A stretch of 61,359 nt of DNA, counting the filler, from Sphacelaria rigidula (lineage: Eukaryota), in NCBI GenBank assembly GCA_964200075.2. It is 9 parts of 9 records of this genome, joined end to end, with 100 filler letters (N's around TTAATTAATTAA, not from the genome) between each part and the next. Parts side by side here need not be neighbours in the genome. Positions count along the whole stretch, not along the records: positions 6,830 to 13,558 come from CAXNAA020018382.1; positions 13,659 to 20,387 come from CAXNAA020018383.1; positions 20,488 to 27,216 come from CAXNAA020018384.1; 6 more parts are not named here. One strand, 5' to 3'. The translations under genes and the position numbers were made by a program. The notes beneath the pieces are model-generated. The model saw only the letters and a list, made by a program, of their open reading frames with translations. It made no database searches and was not told the origin of the DNA. Positions 11,660-24,445 of the stretch are shown here, in pieces. How positions within the stretch are numbered: the first letter of the stretch is position 1; each line of letters starts with the position of its first letter.

Positions 11660-11910
11660 GCGGAGAGAACGAGGGTTCGATTACCGATGCGTTGGGTTTT
11701 TTCTTCGTAATATCTGATGACCACCGTGGAAAGCGTGAGAACGTGAGAAAACAAAGTAGTCGACCGAGTATGTCTGACGAAAGTTGACGCGGTGCGGGAG
11801 TGCTGATAGTCATGACCCAATCCGCGAGACAAAAAGGCAAGGCGTGTGTCATGGGAGAGATGGGATGATCCCTTGAGACCACGGACTTGTCCCGAGGAAG
11901 GGGAGGGGTT
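11660..11910 (+). repeat. Dispersed repeat ending in a G-rich tract; related copies at 44150-44281 (+) and 51176-51410 (-)
   Basis: Shared motifs gatcccttgagaccacggac and gttgacgcggtgcgggag...ccaatccgcgagac. Confidence 0.75.
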
Positions 11911-12014
11911 CAAAGTGCGACAGTATATATAGAGAGAGCTATGTAGAAGGTTCCCCTTCGGGAGGGTGGTGCGGGTCCTCCCGGGGGTGACGCAAGTCTA
12001 AAATATATGGTTAA

Positions 12015-12114
12015 CCCTTGGACTGCGATGCGGGTAGTCCATCTGGGCCACGCATGATTTTCCCAGTGAAATTGATGTCGATTGAGCAGGTGATCTACCC
12101 TCGCGGTCAAAGGG
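12015..12114. mobile_element. piggyBac-like miniature element (~100 bp)
   Basis: TTAA|CCCTTGGACTGCG ... CGCGGTCAAAGGG|TGAA: imperfect 13-bp TIRs with a TTAA-like target. An inverted relative lies at 54864-54942. Confidence 0.6.
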
Positions 12115-13658
12115 TGAAGAAAGGCTGTTGTATATCAATCCCAATGTACAGTAGTAATAGTGGCTGTACAAAACATTGTGTGTATCATCGGATGTCGTTC
12201 GGAAATATGGAAATTCGGACGGAGGCCGACGGCGGAACCGCCGGCGTAAGACATGTGTGCGGTATCCCCGAGGTGCCAGAGTGCGAAGTAGCTCTCGTGC
12301 TACAAAGACATGACCGCGAGAGGCACTTCCCGAAAAATTGGAATGCGTTGAGCATTCTTGGCATGTTATTTGGACATCACTCTGGCTTCCACATCACCGG
12401 GCCTTTTATCTAAACAAGGTGATTGTTTTTTTGCGGCAAAACATTCCTGTGCTGCCGTGCTGCTGTGCCTTGTTCACCTCGCCAACGGCACATTGCACGG
12501 TCTTGTGTTTGTTTGCTGCCGACTAAGGCGAAGGCAATGTTCAATTGTTTTCAACTGCTTTGCCCTCAATGTTCTCGTGACATTGGCGGCATAACCGGTG
12601 TGTTTGTGCCCCAAATGAACGACAACGCGACAAAGAGAAACACGGGGGAAAAATATCCCGTCAACAGTTATCATGTTTCAAGCTTTCCATGATCATTATC
12701 TTGAAAAGGGCTTTGTGGTTCGGAATGGACACCCCGCGAAAAATAGCCACTTTGGGCGACTTTCGGTGGCCAGAACACGCGCCACGGGTATCAGATGATA
12801 CCCAAACCTGAACGGTAGGTTACCGCTGTGCCTTCTTGGTGCGCTGCGTAAGAAAGCGCGGGAAAAAATGCCTTGCTGCCAGGGAAAACTCGGCGAAAAT
12901 GGTGACAAATGTGACGTATATATATATATATATATATGCCACACACCTCGAATGGCACGGTGTATGGTCACACCGTAACGTTTCACAGAGCACAGTAACA
13001 TTACAGGCTGGTTCACGCAAAAGACCCAAAATTCTGTCATCAGCAAATGCCTTCTGCAATACGCACCCAATAACCGCATACATGATATTATACTGACCGC
13101 AATAAACGAAGAGGGTGACATAGCCGGATTTCTGTGTGAGGCTATTGTGGTGGCGCTGTGGACAAAAATGTGTCTCGACCAATCAGCCCCTTGAAATTTC
13201 CACCGATTCTCCACATGCTTTGAATCGTAGTAACCGTCATCACCTCAGGAATCTAACGGGAGAAACAGATTTGAAAACGATTCCAACGGGGTCGAATGGT
13301 ACCCGAAACCGTGACGTTTCAGTGATGTGGAGTTTGGCGTCGTCTGATTTCCACTCACGGTACGTAGAACAGACTCGGGGAGCCTCGTGACGATGCCCCT
13401 CATACCTGTTGTAAAATAGCTCAGATCATCCTCAAACTTGGCAGTTCCGTAGGTATTGATGCCCCAAATGGGAAAAAAAAAAAAAAAATGTGTGTTCTTG
13501 GCAAGAGTTCAAAGCTTCTTCCCGTCTCTACCGTCTTTCCGGGGCACCAGTAAAAATANNNNNNNNNNNNNNNNNNNNNNNNNNNNNNNNNNNNNNNNNN
13601 NNTTAATTAATTAANNNNNNNNNNNNNNNNNNNNNNNNNNNNNNNNNNNNNNNNNNNN

Positions 13659-14481
13659 GTGCTGGCTTGGAAGCGTAAGCTTCAATCATCGCCATCTTAG
13701 CCTTGTGAAGGAAATGGCTGGCATCTGTCATCCCACACCCCGCCGCATAGCTTTCAATGGGGCCGAAGTACTTGGCGAGCTCCGAGTACGGCGGAGGCTC
13801 AGCGCTATCCCCCCCCGTGTCTCCGTCGTGCTCCTCCTCCTGCTCTACAGAGAGCCGCATACGCGAGGTAGTTCTGTCCGCTTTCTTTTCCTCTCCACGT
13901 TTTTTGCGGTTGGATTCGCTAGCTGCGTTCGCTTGCGCTCTACGCTTGCGCGCCGCAGCCTTTGAGGTAGCCCCAGCGGATCGCTTGGAAGCGCACGTTG
14001 GGCAGATACGATAGAGTTCGCTCCCATCCTCTTCCTCTTGTTCACCGCACACGCCATGAAGCCGACCTCCACACCCTCCACGACACTCATGACCTTGACT
14101 GGGTCCGAGACTCTGGTTGGGAATCAGGCAGAGCTCTCCTGCTGCACAGGGCATCGTAGAGTAATCCTCTACAATCTACAGCTCTGTTGTGGATGGTAGG
14201 GGTACAGTACAGCAATATACTGTACAGTAGATGATAGCTGTTGCTCTGCGTGTCTGGTATGTGCGGGGGAAACGTGTGAACTGTGCGTGTTTTACAGCCT
14301 TTGCAGCCGGGGACCCACACTATGTAGGTCTCACCATGCTCCAAATGCGCACTAAACTGGACGGTACCCCTTATAGTGCGGCACCCGCACTAAACCGGGT
14401 TCCGTCTGTGACAAGCGATTTCAGCCGCATTAAACCGGGCAGGCGCACTCTATAACCCGCACTATACAAGGCCACCTACTG
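13659..14481 (-). mobile_element. Internally deleted pogo/Tc1-mariner-superfamily DNA transposon (ORF 14154 to contig end)
   Basis: Terminus TA|CAGTAGGTGGCC at 14481 with tagtgcgg-like subterminal repeats. The ORF has a Cys/His zinc-finger-like N-terminus (C..C...HECRGGCGGRLHGVCG...RICPTC), then a basic stretch and RMRLSVEQ (resembling the start of a CENP-B-type HTH) joined directly to a C-terminal-like segment. No DDE core. Confidence 0.55.
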
Positions 14482-16199
14482 TACCCTGAAATGGAGGCTG
14501 CAGTGCGATGCATTGGGGTTGTGAACACCCAACGCAACAAACGGCGCTCGAATTGCGCACGTAACCGTGGAGAACCGCCCGGATAAAACCTATCGCTTGA
14601 TAATGTCCTGAGCAACGTATTGTCGCCAATAAATACAAGTAAAAAATAATCACAGCAAAAAGGGTCCTCGGGGGAAACGTCGAGGGGAAGGTCTCAATCG
14701 GTCGCGGAGTAACTTCACTTCGGTGTGCGCATGTGCGAATATGATACACTTAGACATTCTCTGTTGAAGAGAGCCGCTTCTGTACATAGCCATACAAGGA
14801 ACCCAAGATTGAGAGCATGGCGTTTACTCGAATAGACAACATCATGGTGACCGCATTGTGCTCTCCTCTTCGTCTGTGGTGTTGATTGTATTGGTACCGC
14901 CATGTTCGTCGTACCGCCTCTACACCCTCCGTCCGTTGCGACTTGAGCTTGTATGTCGTGAATACACGGACAGGTGTCCCTCACCCTCCGTTCACCCCAG
15001 GGTCGGGCACATGTTGTATCGGCATACTTTTTACTTGAAAAATGGTTGCAAAACCGAGATGATCCAATCGGCGGTCGGAGAGATCAACTTCAGAGCCGGT
15101 CATCGTAGGAAGAGGCGACCGTCTCCAGAGATTTTGACTTGAAAAATGAACACAAGACACCACCCTGGCAATCAAGCGCCACTTTCACGAGAGCGGGAGG
15201 GAAGAGTGACGCTCTCCAAAGGAGTTATCCGATATTTTACTCGACGATACCCACAGAAGAAGGGAGGAATGCGGCGGGGGGCACAGAGAAGATAACATTG
15301 TACTGTACTGATTGTACTGTGCTGTACGGTGCACGTCGGCCTTGTCTATTTACACAGACAACAGCCACCTCATGATGGGTCAGTTGTGTTCGTATGGGCG
15401 TACTAATTTCTTGAAAAATGAATGCCCACCGCAGCCCAAGGACTTTTTTTTGCAACTGGAGGCAGGAAGGGATGGCAGTGTAGGAGGGTTTCGTGTAATC
15501 TGATCCTTGGTGGGTGATACCCATCGACGAACGGAACGATTACAACGGGTGGGAGAGAGAAGACAACACCGTACTGTAGTATAAAGCATTGTACTGCTGT
15601 CCTGTATTATGCGTTGTCGATCTGCTCTGTCTACAAACAGTGTTGCATTGTCACAGTTTTGATGTGAAAATGAATGATGAACAGGCCGTACGGGCGATGC
15701 AATGCAGCAGGGAAGTGTACGTGTCATGGGTGCAGATGGCCTTCAGCGCTTCTTTCCCAACCGACCAGGCGGCCCATTCGCTTCTTTGCCGTTCGACTGG
15801 GCGGATAATTTCCATCTCATTGGCTTGTGTCAGTTTTCAACAGGAAGATCCTACACACTTTTTGAAAAAAAAATGCTATATGTTTTGGCCTGGATTAGCA
15901 TGTCTGACAGTACAGGGCAGTATAGTTTGAGACCCTCAGAATCAAAACAACACTACAGTTTTTCAGTGACTCCGACTTTGTCGAGTTCTAACTCCCGCGC
16001 GCCGAGTATTAGGGAGTGTGTGTGGGACCACCTCACCCCCTCAAAAATAACGTACCGTCGGTCATCACCCGGAAGTTGCTCTAAATGCAGTCGCACCAGC
16101 TTCCAATCCCCTTTATAGGATAAGGGTTGAACCCACTATTATCGAAAAATGTTTTTTTGGAGACGTCCTAGAATTTTGGACCTCCAATGGCCCATTCTC

Positions 16200-16545
16200 A
16201 TCGAGTTCTGCCGTTTCTGTTAGATCGCTATCACGGAAGGTGCTGATGTTGTCGTTGGCTCGCCTGCGCTGGCCTGAGGACGCCACGCCCGCCAACCCAC
16301 GGCGCTTTCTACTCTCCAACATGGCCCAGGGTGTCACTGGCAAGGTACCTGATGGCTCTCGGACGCGCGGCGGCGTACACACAGGGCCGCTCTCAGAAAT
16401 TGCTGCGTTGCAGTCCGAGTTTTTTTTTCTTCTCCGAATGTGAAGCTTTGGAGAAAAAGCAACCCGCTTCATTTTCGGAGAAGTTTGAACGCAGGGTCCG
16501 AAAGGACCGAAAATTTCAGAAATGTCCGGGAAAAAAATGTCGGTA
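16200..16545 (+). repeat. Dispersed repeat; inverted relative at ~37025-37280
   Basis: aaggtacctgatggc...ggcgtacaca.aggg...tgctgcgt.gcagtccga...gaagctt.ggaga is present in both copies. Confidence 0.7.
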
Positions 16546-17281
16546 ATGAGAGTAGTGGCCCCTCCCCCCACACTCCTAATTGTTCTTGTCACATACGGAA
16601 GGGGTCCGCATCAGATGCCCAGCGCAGAGTACTGCGCAGATATCGAAGCGTTTTTTTGGATGCAAAGACAAGAACAACTAGGAGTGTGGGCGGGACAACG
16701 AATATATGAAAACACGAAAACGTCAGACATGTGCACGGAGAGTACTGTGCCGCCACCGGCCTGAGCTTGCTCCGACAGCAACGAACCTGAAGCGAAAGGG
16801 CGAGAAACTCGCACCTGCCTGGTAACGACCCCACGTGGGTCCTCCGCCACTCGCAAATCTCGACTGAAATCCTCACACAACAGAAGCTACGGCTGCTTGT
16901 CAGGCTGAGTGAGGTGGGCAGGTCTCGAACGCCCCCGAGCTGATTCACTCAACATGCCTCCGCCGAATATGAGGTATTCTGAGATACCATTCATTACTTC
17001 AATCAGCTCAAACATCCAGGATAAATCCTATCCAATTCCTCACAAAACGACGATTCCTCCAAGATACGGAATCGAACCTGTGGCGTTGCACTCGAACCAG
17101 ACGCATCAAACCCTGCGTACAGTGTGCGTGCAGTAGGACCTCCTTCTTCCCCGCAGGATGCTCGCTACGTGGTTGAACTGCGAAGCGTATAGTTCGCCTT
17201 GAACATACCCTGAGGCTACAAAATCCGCCCATATACTTGAATTAAACCACCCGTGTGCACCCAGGCCGACCGAGGAGAAAC

Positions 17282-17536
17282 ATGCCGGCTGTAGTGTGGA
17301 GTAGCGGGGTGTTCCCGCTGGCGCTGTGGTTGGCTTCGGTCTGTATTTTCGTTGCATCGCCGATGGCCAATGCCTTCCTAACGGCGGCACCGGTCTCATC
17401 AAGGCTGGCACGCGGCGCAGCCGCCGCTGTCGACACGAACAGAGCGAAAGGCGTTGCTTTCGACGGCGAGCGGAGTAGGCAGGCGACGGTGCTATTTGCC
17501 ATCAAGAAGAAAGTCGACTACAACAAAAAGGAGAGC
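17282..17536 (+). CDS. First exon of a probable plastid-targeted protein (bipartite leader), product unknown
   Basis: MPAVVWSSGVFPLALWLASVCIFVASPMANA-FLTAAPVSSRLARG...LFAIKKKVDYNKKES: hydrophobic signal, ASAFAP-like A|F cleavage site, Ser/Arg/Ala-rich transit region, gtaagt donor at 17537. Confidence 0.65.
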
Positions 17537-18164
17537 GTAAGTTGCAGAAGAAAGGTCCAGCTTGTGTTGCTGCAAAATGTTCTCACAGCCACGAGTTGTG
17601 TAAGAGCTCCAATTCAGGCAATTTTTCCCCCCGTTCAGGCATATTTTCTCGTTTTATTTTGATTTATTGAGCTTTGAGTGATTGATCCACCACGAATTCA
17701 GCTGTAGTCACCGAAGAGACGTGCGCATGGTGAAATATATGGAAGCAATCACCGAAGGAAACTCGATCAATTACGTGGAACAAAATATTAATGGACAACC
17801 TGAACATAGGACACTGGCATGCACGTTAGGCCAAGGGTACTTCATTCTGCCCATAGGGTGCTTTTGTTGTGTTTTGATGCTGCGCTGTGCCATGACTCAC
17901 GTTTTCACAGCCCTCAAGCCCCACACACATTGTAACGATTGAAGTCAGCTCTCTCACACAACGTACCGACCCACTTGTTGGAGCAACTGAGTCTCAGTGC
18001 GTGGGATGGACCATGGACATCCAATGGGGCACGGGCGATGTAAATAAATACTTGTCGCTTGTCACCATCTGTAGCAGCATGGCGGCCATAGTCCATACCG
18101 TGACCTAACATCTGGTATTGTTGGTTGGTTAGTTCATTGGCTTCTTGATTGATTGTCGCACATC

Positions 18165-18215
18165 GACTGAATCTCCAGGGATCCAGCCGTGGTCATTAGA
18201 TACAAGATAGACACA
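18165..18215 (+). repeat. End motif of a dispersed repeat also seen at ~9905-9960 and ~35245-35295, each followed by A-rich low-complexity DNA
   Basis: ccagg.atccagccgtggtcat core shared. Confidence 0.5.
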
Positions 18216-20859
18216 TCCAAGGCAAACGAAATGGAGACACTCCCTGAGAAAGGAATTTGAGAAAGCGATGAAACGAGAGGAAGACAAACCGAACGCAGTG
18301 AACTAAACAAAAACGACAGACAAACCGAAAACAAAAGAAAACGAGACGGGGAAAGGAAAACAAGAAGAAAAGGAATGATCGGTTCCAATAAAAGTAATCG
18401 AAATGGTACAGGAACAGATAGCAAAAAGGGGAAGACAGGTAAAGATGAATTGAGGACAAAAGGAAGAAAAAGTAGTAAGTCCCTGAAGCATGTCTTCAGG
18501 TGAAAAGATACCGTGCGAGAGACGAAAGTACAGAAACCAAGAAAACTATTTGGAAACCACACAATTTGGGCATGAAGTATCACCCACGAAATTTGCGGGA
18601 GCGGGACACGGAAGGCCACTATAATTTACACAAAGCAGGAATGGCAGAATATGGAATGCGGGGGGGGGGGAACGAGAGCGGATGACAAGAAATAAGCGAG
18701 GAAAATGATGGACACAGAGACCAAGCAGAGCGTGTGTACGACCACAGCTACAAACATTGCTAAGGTTGCAAGCTGAGGAAGAAAGCTAATAGCCGATACG
18801 ATTAGACGATTAGAGGAGAAAATAAGGAAAATGATGGACACAAGATTGCTAAGGCTGTAAGGCGAGGAAGGAAGCTGATGGCCGATACGATTAGACAGGA
18901 ATGCATGAGTGTCGTGCCACCCTCGCCTTTCTCACTTATTCGTACTGTAGTCGGGTACGAAGCGAGTCACTCGATTGACCATTCTCATCGGATTCTCGCG
19001 AGCTGTTGCTATTGCTTTCGTGTCAACTACTGTATGGCGTCTTTAATATTGGCGGCTCACAACGCAACAGCCTGTTGCTTGTGGCGTAGGTCCGATTGGC
19101 CGAGGTCTCTGCGTTGCCACTCCTCCCTGAACTCCTCCGCCACTTCTCGACCCCCAGATGCCAATTGCTACGTTTTCCGCGAGAGACCGATTATGTGTTG
19201 ACCTTCATGCCGTACATGAATAATTTCCTTTATTCTCCCCTGGACTTCAATCGGGATACCAACGATTTTAATATTCGTAAAATGGATTTATTAAGTTCTA
19301 CCTGTTCCCGATGTCTCACCTAGAACAGGCCATGCTCCACATGAATCGTGGGTTCCACTAACGCTTAAAAACGCCCTTGTTCAGGAAGTTGTAGAAAGCC
19401 GAAGTTTTGGAAAGGTGTTTTTGACTGGGCTACGTGTGAGAACCACTACATATAAGGGAAAAATTGCCACAAGTGTCCGTCGTGGTATAGCATCACCTTT
19501 TCACATATGCTCATGTTATGCGCACACGTGCCAGAGTGAAAATATGTTCTTTGTTCTTTGATGTCGTGCATGCGGAAACTTGTCACTCGCCATGACCGGC
19601 AGAAGCATGACGGTCACGGTCCACAGTATGTCCAGTGACTTGGTAAGGCTTCTCTGGCGATTGCATCGTTGCGGTACGCTGTGCAAGGGAGTTGTATCCA
19701 GTCTTCGGCGTGTGAAGGGAAGTTGTACGCTGTAAAGATGTGAGCTAAGGCAGAACGGCATAAAGACACAAAATATCGACGTGGGAGCCGATGTATAATC
19801 AGAATGCGGAAAACAAGTTCGCGTTCCCGTAAGATCTTGAAGTTCGAAGTTGATAACTGGCTCTCACACTAGCGTCCAACACTAGACGTGGTTTTCTCCT
19901 ATCTACGAAGAGCACGGCAAAATGCGAGGCAGACGCAGGATTGCTTTGATTGTGGGAAGGTCAACTTCGATGAGCTGGATAGTCGACTATTGTTTTTTCA
20001 ACTTTTTCATCGGCCGTGATTGCTTAGTTATCGCTAGTGGATCCCATGTACGAGAATGTTCGTAAAATAGATTTAAATGCAAACGGTTGGCGAAGTAGCC
20101 ACTGCTGTCGTGTGGTGGATAAATTAAGTAGTCTTGGATCTTCCCGTGCGCTAATGCAAGATATTGTTGGCGTGATGTACGGTACCGTTGTCTTACACAT
20201 GGTTGATCATTCACGACCTGTTCTATCATTGAGGTGTCGTCGGGAACCTGCGCCTTGTGTTGCTTGCGTACGGGTTCACGAACATCGTTACTGCTCGTAG
20301 ACTTGTGGTACGCAGGGCGCAGTGTCCTCGTAGCATATCCGACACTTTCTACGATAGCCCCCCCCCAAAACCAGCTAAAAGTGTCACNNNNNNNNNNNNN
20401 NNNNNNNNNNNNNNNNNNNNNNNNNNNNNNNTTAATTAATTAANNNNNNNNNNNNNNNNNNNNNNNNNNNNNNNNNNNNNNNNNNNNTGAGGCCGCCATT
20501 CGTCCAGTACAGAACGGATTTCTGTCAAACAAAGACTGCCATGTGAAGATTAGCAAGGGCTAGCAGTGAAACTAATGCGCGTGGGTGATGGGTGTCTGTG
20601 CGTGTTTTTTCGGGGCTGGGTGTGTCGGTGTTGCGTTGCCTTGTTGTGTCTTGTCTGCGGCATTACACGGGCCTTGGGCCTGCTTGGACTAACGACCACT
20701 TCCAGACCCGCCGCGTTTCTGAATTTGTGTGGAGTGTGGAGATCTGGGTTCCAACCTGTACAAAACTGCTTGTCGATAGGATTCGGGGCTGGTCGTTATG
20801 GGGGCGATCCCCTGTCAAAAGGAGATGGTGAAAAAGGGGATTATCCCCTTCGTTAAGAC

Positions 20860-21095
20860 AGGCCCTAATACCCCCGCGTGCCATGGTATCCCCCCTTCTT
20901 TCTTTGCTGCAGAAGGCCAGAATGCATTTTCAACTCCGAGCGTCAATCGCTTGTCGTCCGTGCAGCCGTTCGTGGCACCGACGGCTTGGAAATCATCCCG
21001 CAGGCACATCAACCAGTTTTGCTCGGGGCACCCCTGTCCTGGATCCTCCCGTCCCGCTATTGCTCCGAATGCCAATCGCTTCGGTAGTCGTCGGA
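20860..21095 (-). mobile_element. 3' coding remnant of an RTE-like non-LTR retrotransposon (LINE)
   Basis: RRLPKRLAFGAIAG...GQGCPEQNWLMCLRDDFQAVGA...W.SAAKK..G.PWHAGV resembles the post-RT C-terminus of RTE-clade ORFs (R-L-P-K...G...W...L..DL). Confidence 0.6.
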
Positions 21096-22699
21096 CACTG
21101 GCTTTATTTTTTATTCCCATCACCAGCAGTAGCCACGCGTGCGGGACACACTCGATGTGCGCAGCTCCCACAGGGAGATGCTATATCTTCTAAAACTTCG
21201 CAAGGTGCGTGGGCGTTGTAGCACGATCGAAACGCGGACCGTCTCTCCCACGAGGAAGAACGGTAGCAGCAGCAGCAGCAGCAGCAGTATCGGCACCGGC
21301 TGATTTAGACCTACCCCCAGCCGCGTACATCTACTGGCAGTAAAGATGCGCTGGTGATACTGCTGCTGTCAGTCGCTCCTTCTCCTCCTCGTGCGGAAGG
21401 CGGTCCGCGTTTCGACCTGCGACAATACCCATACCACCTTGCGCGTGATTGCCGCCCTTCTTGGAGTCGCTGGTCTAATGGTGTGCTGTTTTACCGTCTC
21501 TATATCACTTGTTTCCTACCCCCTACAGTAGCATGCTCGACTAGAACGGCGCGTGATTTCTCGTGAGAATGAAGTTGGGAATCGTCACTTCATCATCACC
21601 ATCACGAAATGATTATCATTTCCCTTGTTTCGTTGACCCTGTTGACCACGAGGATAGGTCACCTAGTGAATCGGCATAAAGATTTACTTGAAAAAAGTAT
21701 GCATGATTCAGATGGACTACCCGCACCACGGTCCAATGTTAAAACACCGCCTTACACAACAGCAGTAGTGTCGTTTTCTTTCTCCCCGCGTGCAAGTGAG
21801 CGAAGAAAATGGTCGAAAGTTTTGGGGAGTCATTCGCCGGTACGCACCTCGCTCACCAACGCCAGCCACGTCGCAACTTCGCAGGCGCAGCTCGTCTCCC
21901 AACATCCTGGTCTAACCAAGCGTATGTGTTTTGTGTGTGCTTTCGTTCCATCTATTCTGGGCACCAGCCTACAGCGTACTGTACACCTTACGGTAAAGTC
22001 GGCCCATCCAACATAATAGCGGTAAAAAGTCAGAAAAATATAATAAAATATGTCCGCCGTCGGTACAAAAACATGGAAAGTACGTCCGCCGGTACAAGAG
22101 TTCGGGACTGTTGTTTATTCTGGCCGAATCCCGATTACATAACGAGGAGCGCTAGCGAGAGCGAGAGCGAGAGAAAAAGAGAGAGACAGGAAGACAGAGA
22201 GACAGAGAGACAGAGAGAGCGACCGGCAACAAAATAAAGTGAGGGGATGGTGTGTGGGTCGCCAGTGGGTGGGTCTTTGGGTCTTATCCTCCTCTTCACT
22301 ATTTTGTTTTCATTCTATGCATGCGGAGGAATACTACTCTCTGCGCTCTACACAAGTGAACCGTAGGTTTGGCACAAAGGGTGTGACTTTAGCAGCTAGA
22401 GGTGGAGTCATACCCTTTGGTTTGGCACTTTTGTTTGCTTTTCATGCCCACGATCCTCGGAGCCACTCCTCAGTTTCCCTTGGTTTGGGCCATTTGTGGT
22501 CATTTTTTGTTACTGCTAGTGGTGCTCCTCCGACAGACCGCGGCTTGCTCCGAAATCTACAGGAAACTTGGCTTGCTACGGAAAGGGTCATATTCTCCGT
22601 CTACCAGTAGTTCACATGCCATGGTTTTGCTTTAAACTGCAGGAATGCTGCGCCATCGCAACTGAAAGCAAAAGCCTTTCTACTGCTGCTGTTTGTACT

Positions 22700-23160
22700 T
22701 AAATAATGTTTTTGTGAGATTGAGAGTAGAGGATACGATTTAGAGTGAAAAGCGGACAATTATTTTAGGAAATGAACCGTTTCAGTTCCGAAATGCCCCT
22801 CCACGAGGCCCGATAAGCTTTCGGTAGTAGCTTGCCGCACTGAGGTCCTTGATATCCCTGAGTAGGATATCGACGTGTAGCTGTAAGCACACTCCATCCA
22901 GTGCTACAAGCCAAAAAAAGCACACACGTTCTACTCTCAATCTCACGAAAACGTTGTTGCTTCCAGAGCTCGTTTTTAGCTCTCGGGAAACAAACTTCAC
23001 GCCAATATTGCGCACTCGTGAAATTGTCAGAATCGGCTGAAACTAGAAGAGTGTGTAGTCTGGTGGATACAACCCAAAAAAAGGTTTGCAGAATTCGGGG
23101 TCTGCACTACAGCGCTGACGATGGGCCTGCAAATGTTGCCGGAAATCGACCCAAACCAAC
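22700..23160 (-). repeat. Dispersed repeat, partly copia-RNase H-like; relatives at 44940-45240 and 23700-23860
   Basis: gagattgagagtagagg...ccacgaggcccgata.gcttt...gagtaggatatcgacgt.tagctgtaagcaca is shared with 44960-45130. cagaatcggctgaaact...caacccaaaaaa.ggtttgcag is duplicated at 23030 and 23728. Confidence 0.65.
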
Positions 23161-23224
23161 TCTGAACTCCAGTAGTAGTAGAAACCAGGTTGATGAGTTT
23201 TTTAGCCAAGAATAATGATATGTC

Positions 23225-23651
23225 TGTGTGTTTTCGTCCCATTTATTCTGGACGCCGGTCTACACCTTTCGGTACATGTGGGCACACCAGCCGGGGTCAC
23301 ACAGGGGGAAGGCCTACGCAAGAGTTTTTTTATTTTTTGTTTGTTTTTAGTTCTCTTTCTTCCTTCTGCGGTGCTGGCCTGTATTTTTCATCTCGAGAGG
23401 GGTTCAGCGGTCCCTTTCCCTCGTCGATCATCAAGTAGAATTTTGTGGACCCACGACATACGTACGACATACCCTCATGGTGAGACACCCATGAGGGAAT
23501 GTAGCATATTATTAAGAGTCGCTCTCCACTGTTGGGCATCGTGTTACTAAAAATTCCAGATCGCTCCGAGATTTGAACCCACGACCCAACCGTCAACCGT
23601 CAGAAGGTGTATGGTTTTGAGGTTACCAACTGAAGAACCACCCGGGGCGAC
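23225..23651 (-). mobile_element. tRNA-derived SINE (degenerate)
   Basis: The minus-strand head has an A-box-like tggttcttcagttgg and a B-box ggttcaaatc but no clean cloverleaf. It is followed by a non-tRNA body; the 3' boundary is approximate. Confidence 0.6.
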
Positions 23652-23981
23652 GGGCATATGTCTACCTCCGAAAATATCACCAAAATATCAGCGTGGTAAT
23701 AACAATTGCGCATTCGTATTATATGCCAGAATCGGCTGAAACTCGGAGGGTGTGTAGCTTGGAGGATGTACAACCCAAAAAAGGTTTGCAGAGTTCGGGA
23801 TCTGTGCTACAGCCGACGAACGAGCAGATTGATGGGATATGTCACAGGAAAATCGAGGTTGGGGGCTCCGTGTAGCAGTAACTTTAGTGGCTATGGGGGA
23901 AAAAAAAGCGAGCTCAAGAATTCTGGCATTATTTTTCTGCAAAATTATACTACTACTGCTGTATCGTATGATTTTTTCTTA

Positions 23982-24110
23982 TGTTTGAACAAGGTTGATC
24001 AAGTATACAAAAACTCAAACACGTCACAACACGACACCAAACAAAGCCATACCCTCACACTCCTGGGTACACTTCCCTATGTCTCCACGCTATCATTTTG
24101 TAATGAAACA
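23982..24110 (-). repeat. Probable 3' LTR of the copia element (~129 bp)
   Basis: Bounded by TGTTT...AAACA and preceded on the minus strand by the purine-rich ggggggagagg...gtggcgggtgaaac. It lies downstream of the RNase H stop. Confidence 0.5.
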
Positions 24111-24224
24111 GTTTCACCCGCCACTAAGATAGCCTCTCCCCCCACAGGCTACCTGGTTGATTCCAAGGTTGTGTTCTGTAGGATACGGTTTTCTGTATAC
24201 CCGGGGTATTTTGCCGGGTATTTA

Positions 24225-24445
24225 CCGTACCCGACAATTCTGTGACTTCTGTAAGACTTTCATACCTGTACCTGGCAGTTCTGTAATCTCTGTGAGACTT
24301 TCATACCCTTACCCGATGTTTTTGTAATCTCTGTAAAACTCCCGTACCGTTACCGGGGGGCACGGGTACGCTCTTGATAAGATACCCGGTTGTGGGTACG
24401 GTTTTCTGTGCAACCTTCATACCCTACCCGACAGTTTCTGTGGGT
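24225..24445. repeat. Degenerate ~36-bp tandem repeat in the copia 3' region
   Basis: Units of the form tacccgacagttctgtaa.ctctgtaagactttcataccc repeated about 4 times. Confidence 0.7.

Noticed and set aside
23560..23651. Functional tRNA gene
   Set aside because: A and B boxes are present, but indels disrupt the cloverleaf and it is fused to a repeat body; called a SINE. The tRNA-like stretch at ~27390-27467 is weaker still and was not called.
24225..24445. 36-bp repeats as a CRISPR array
   Set aside because: Head-to-tail degenerate units without unique spacers, inside a retrotransposon.
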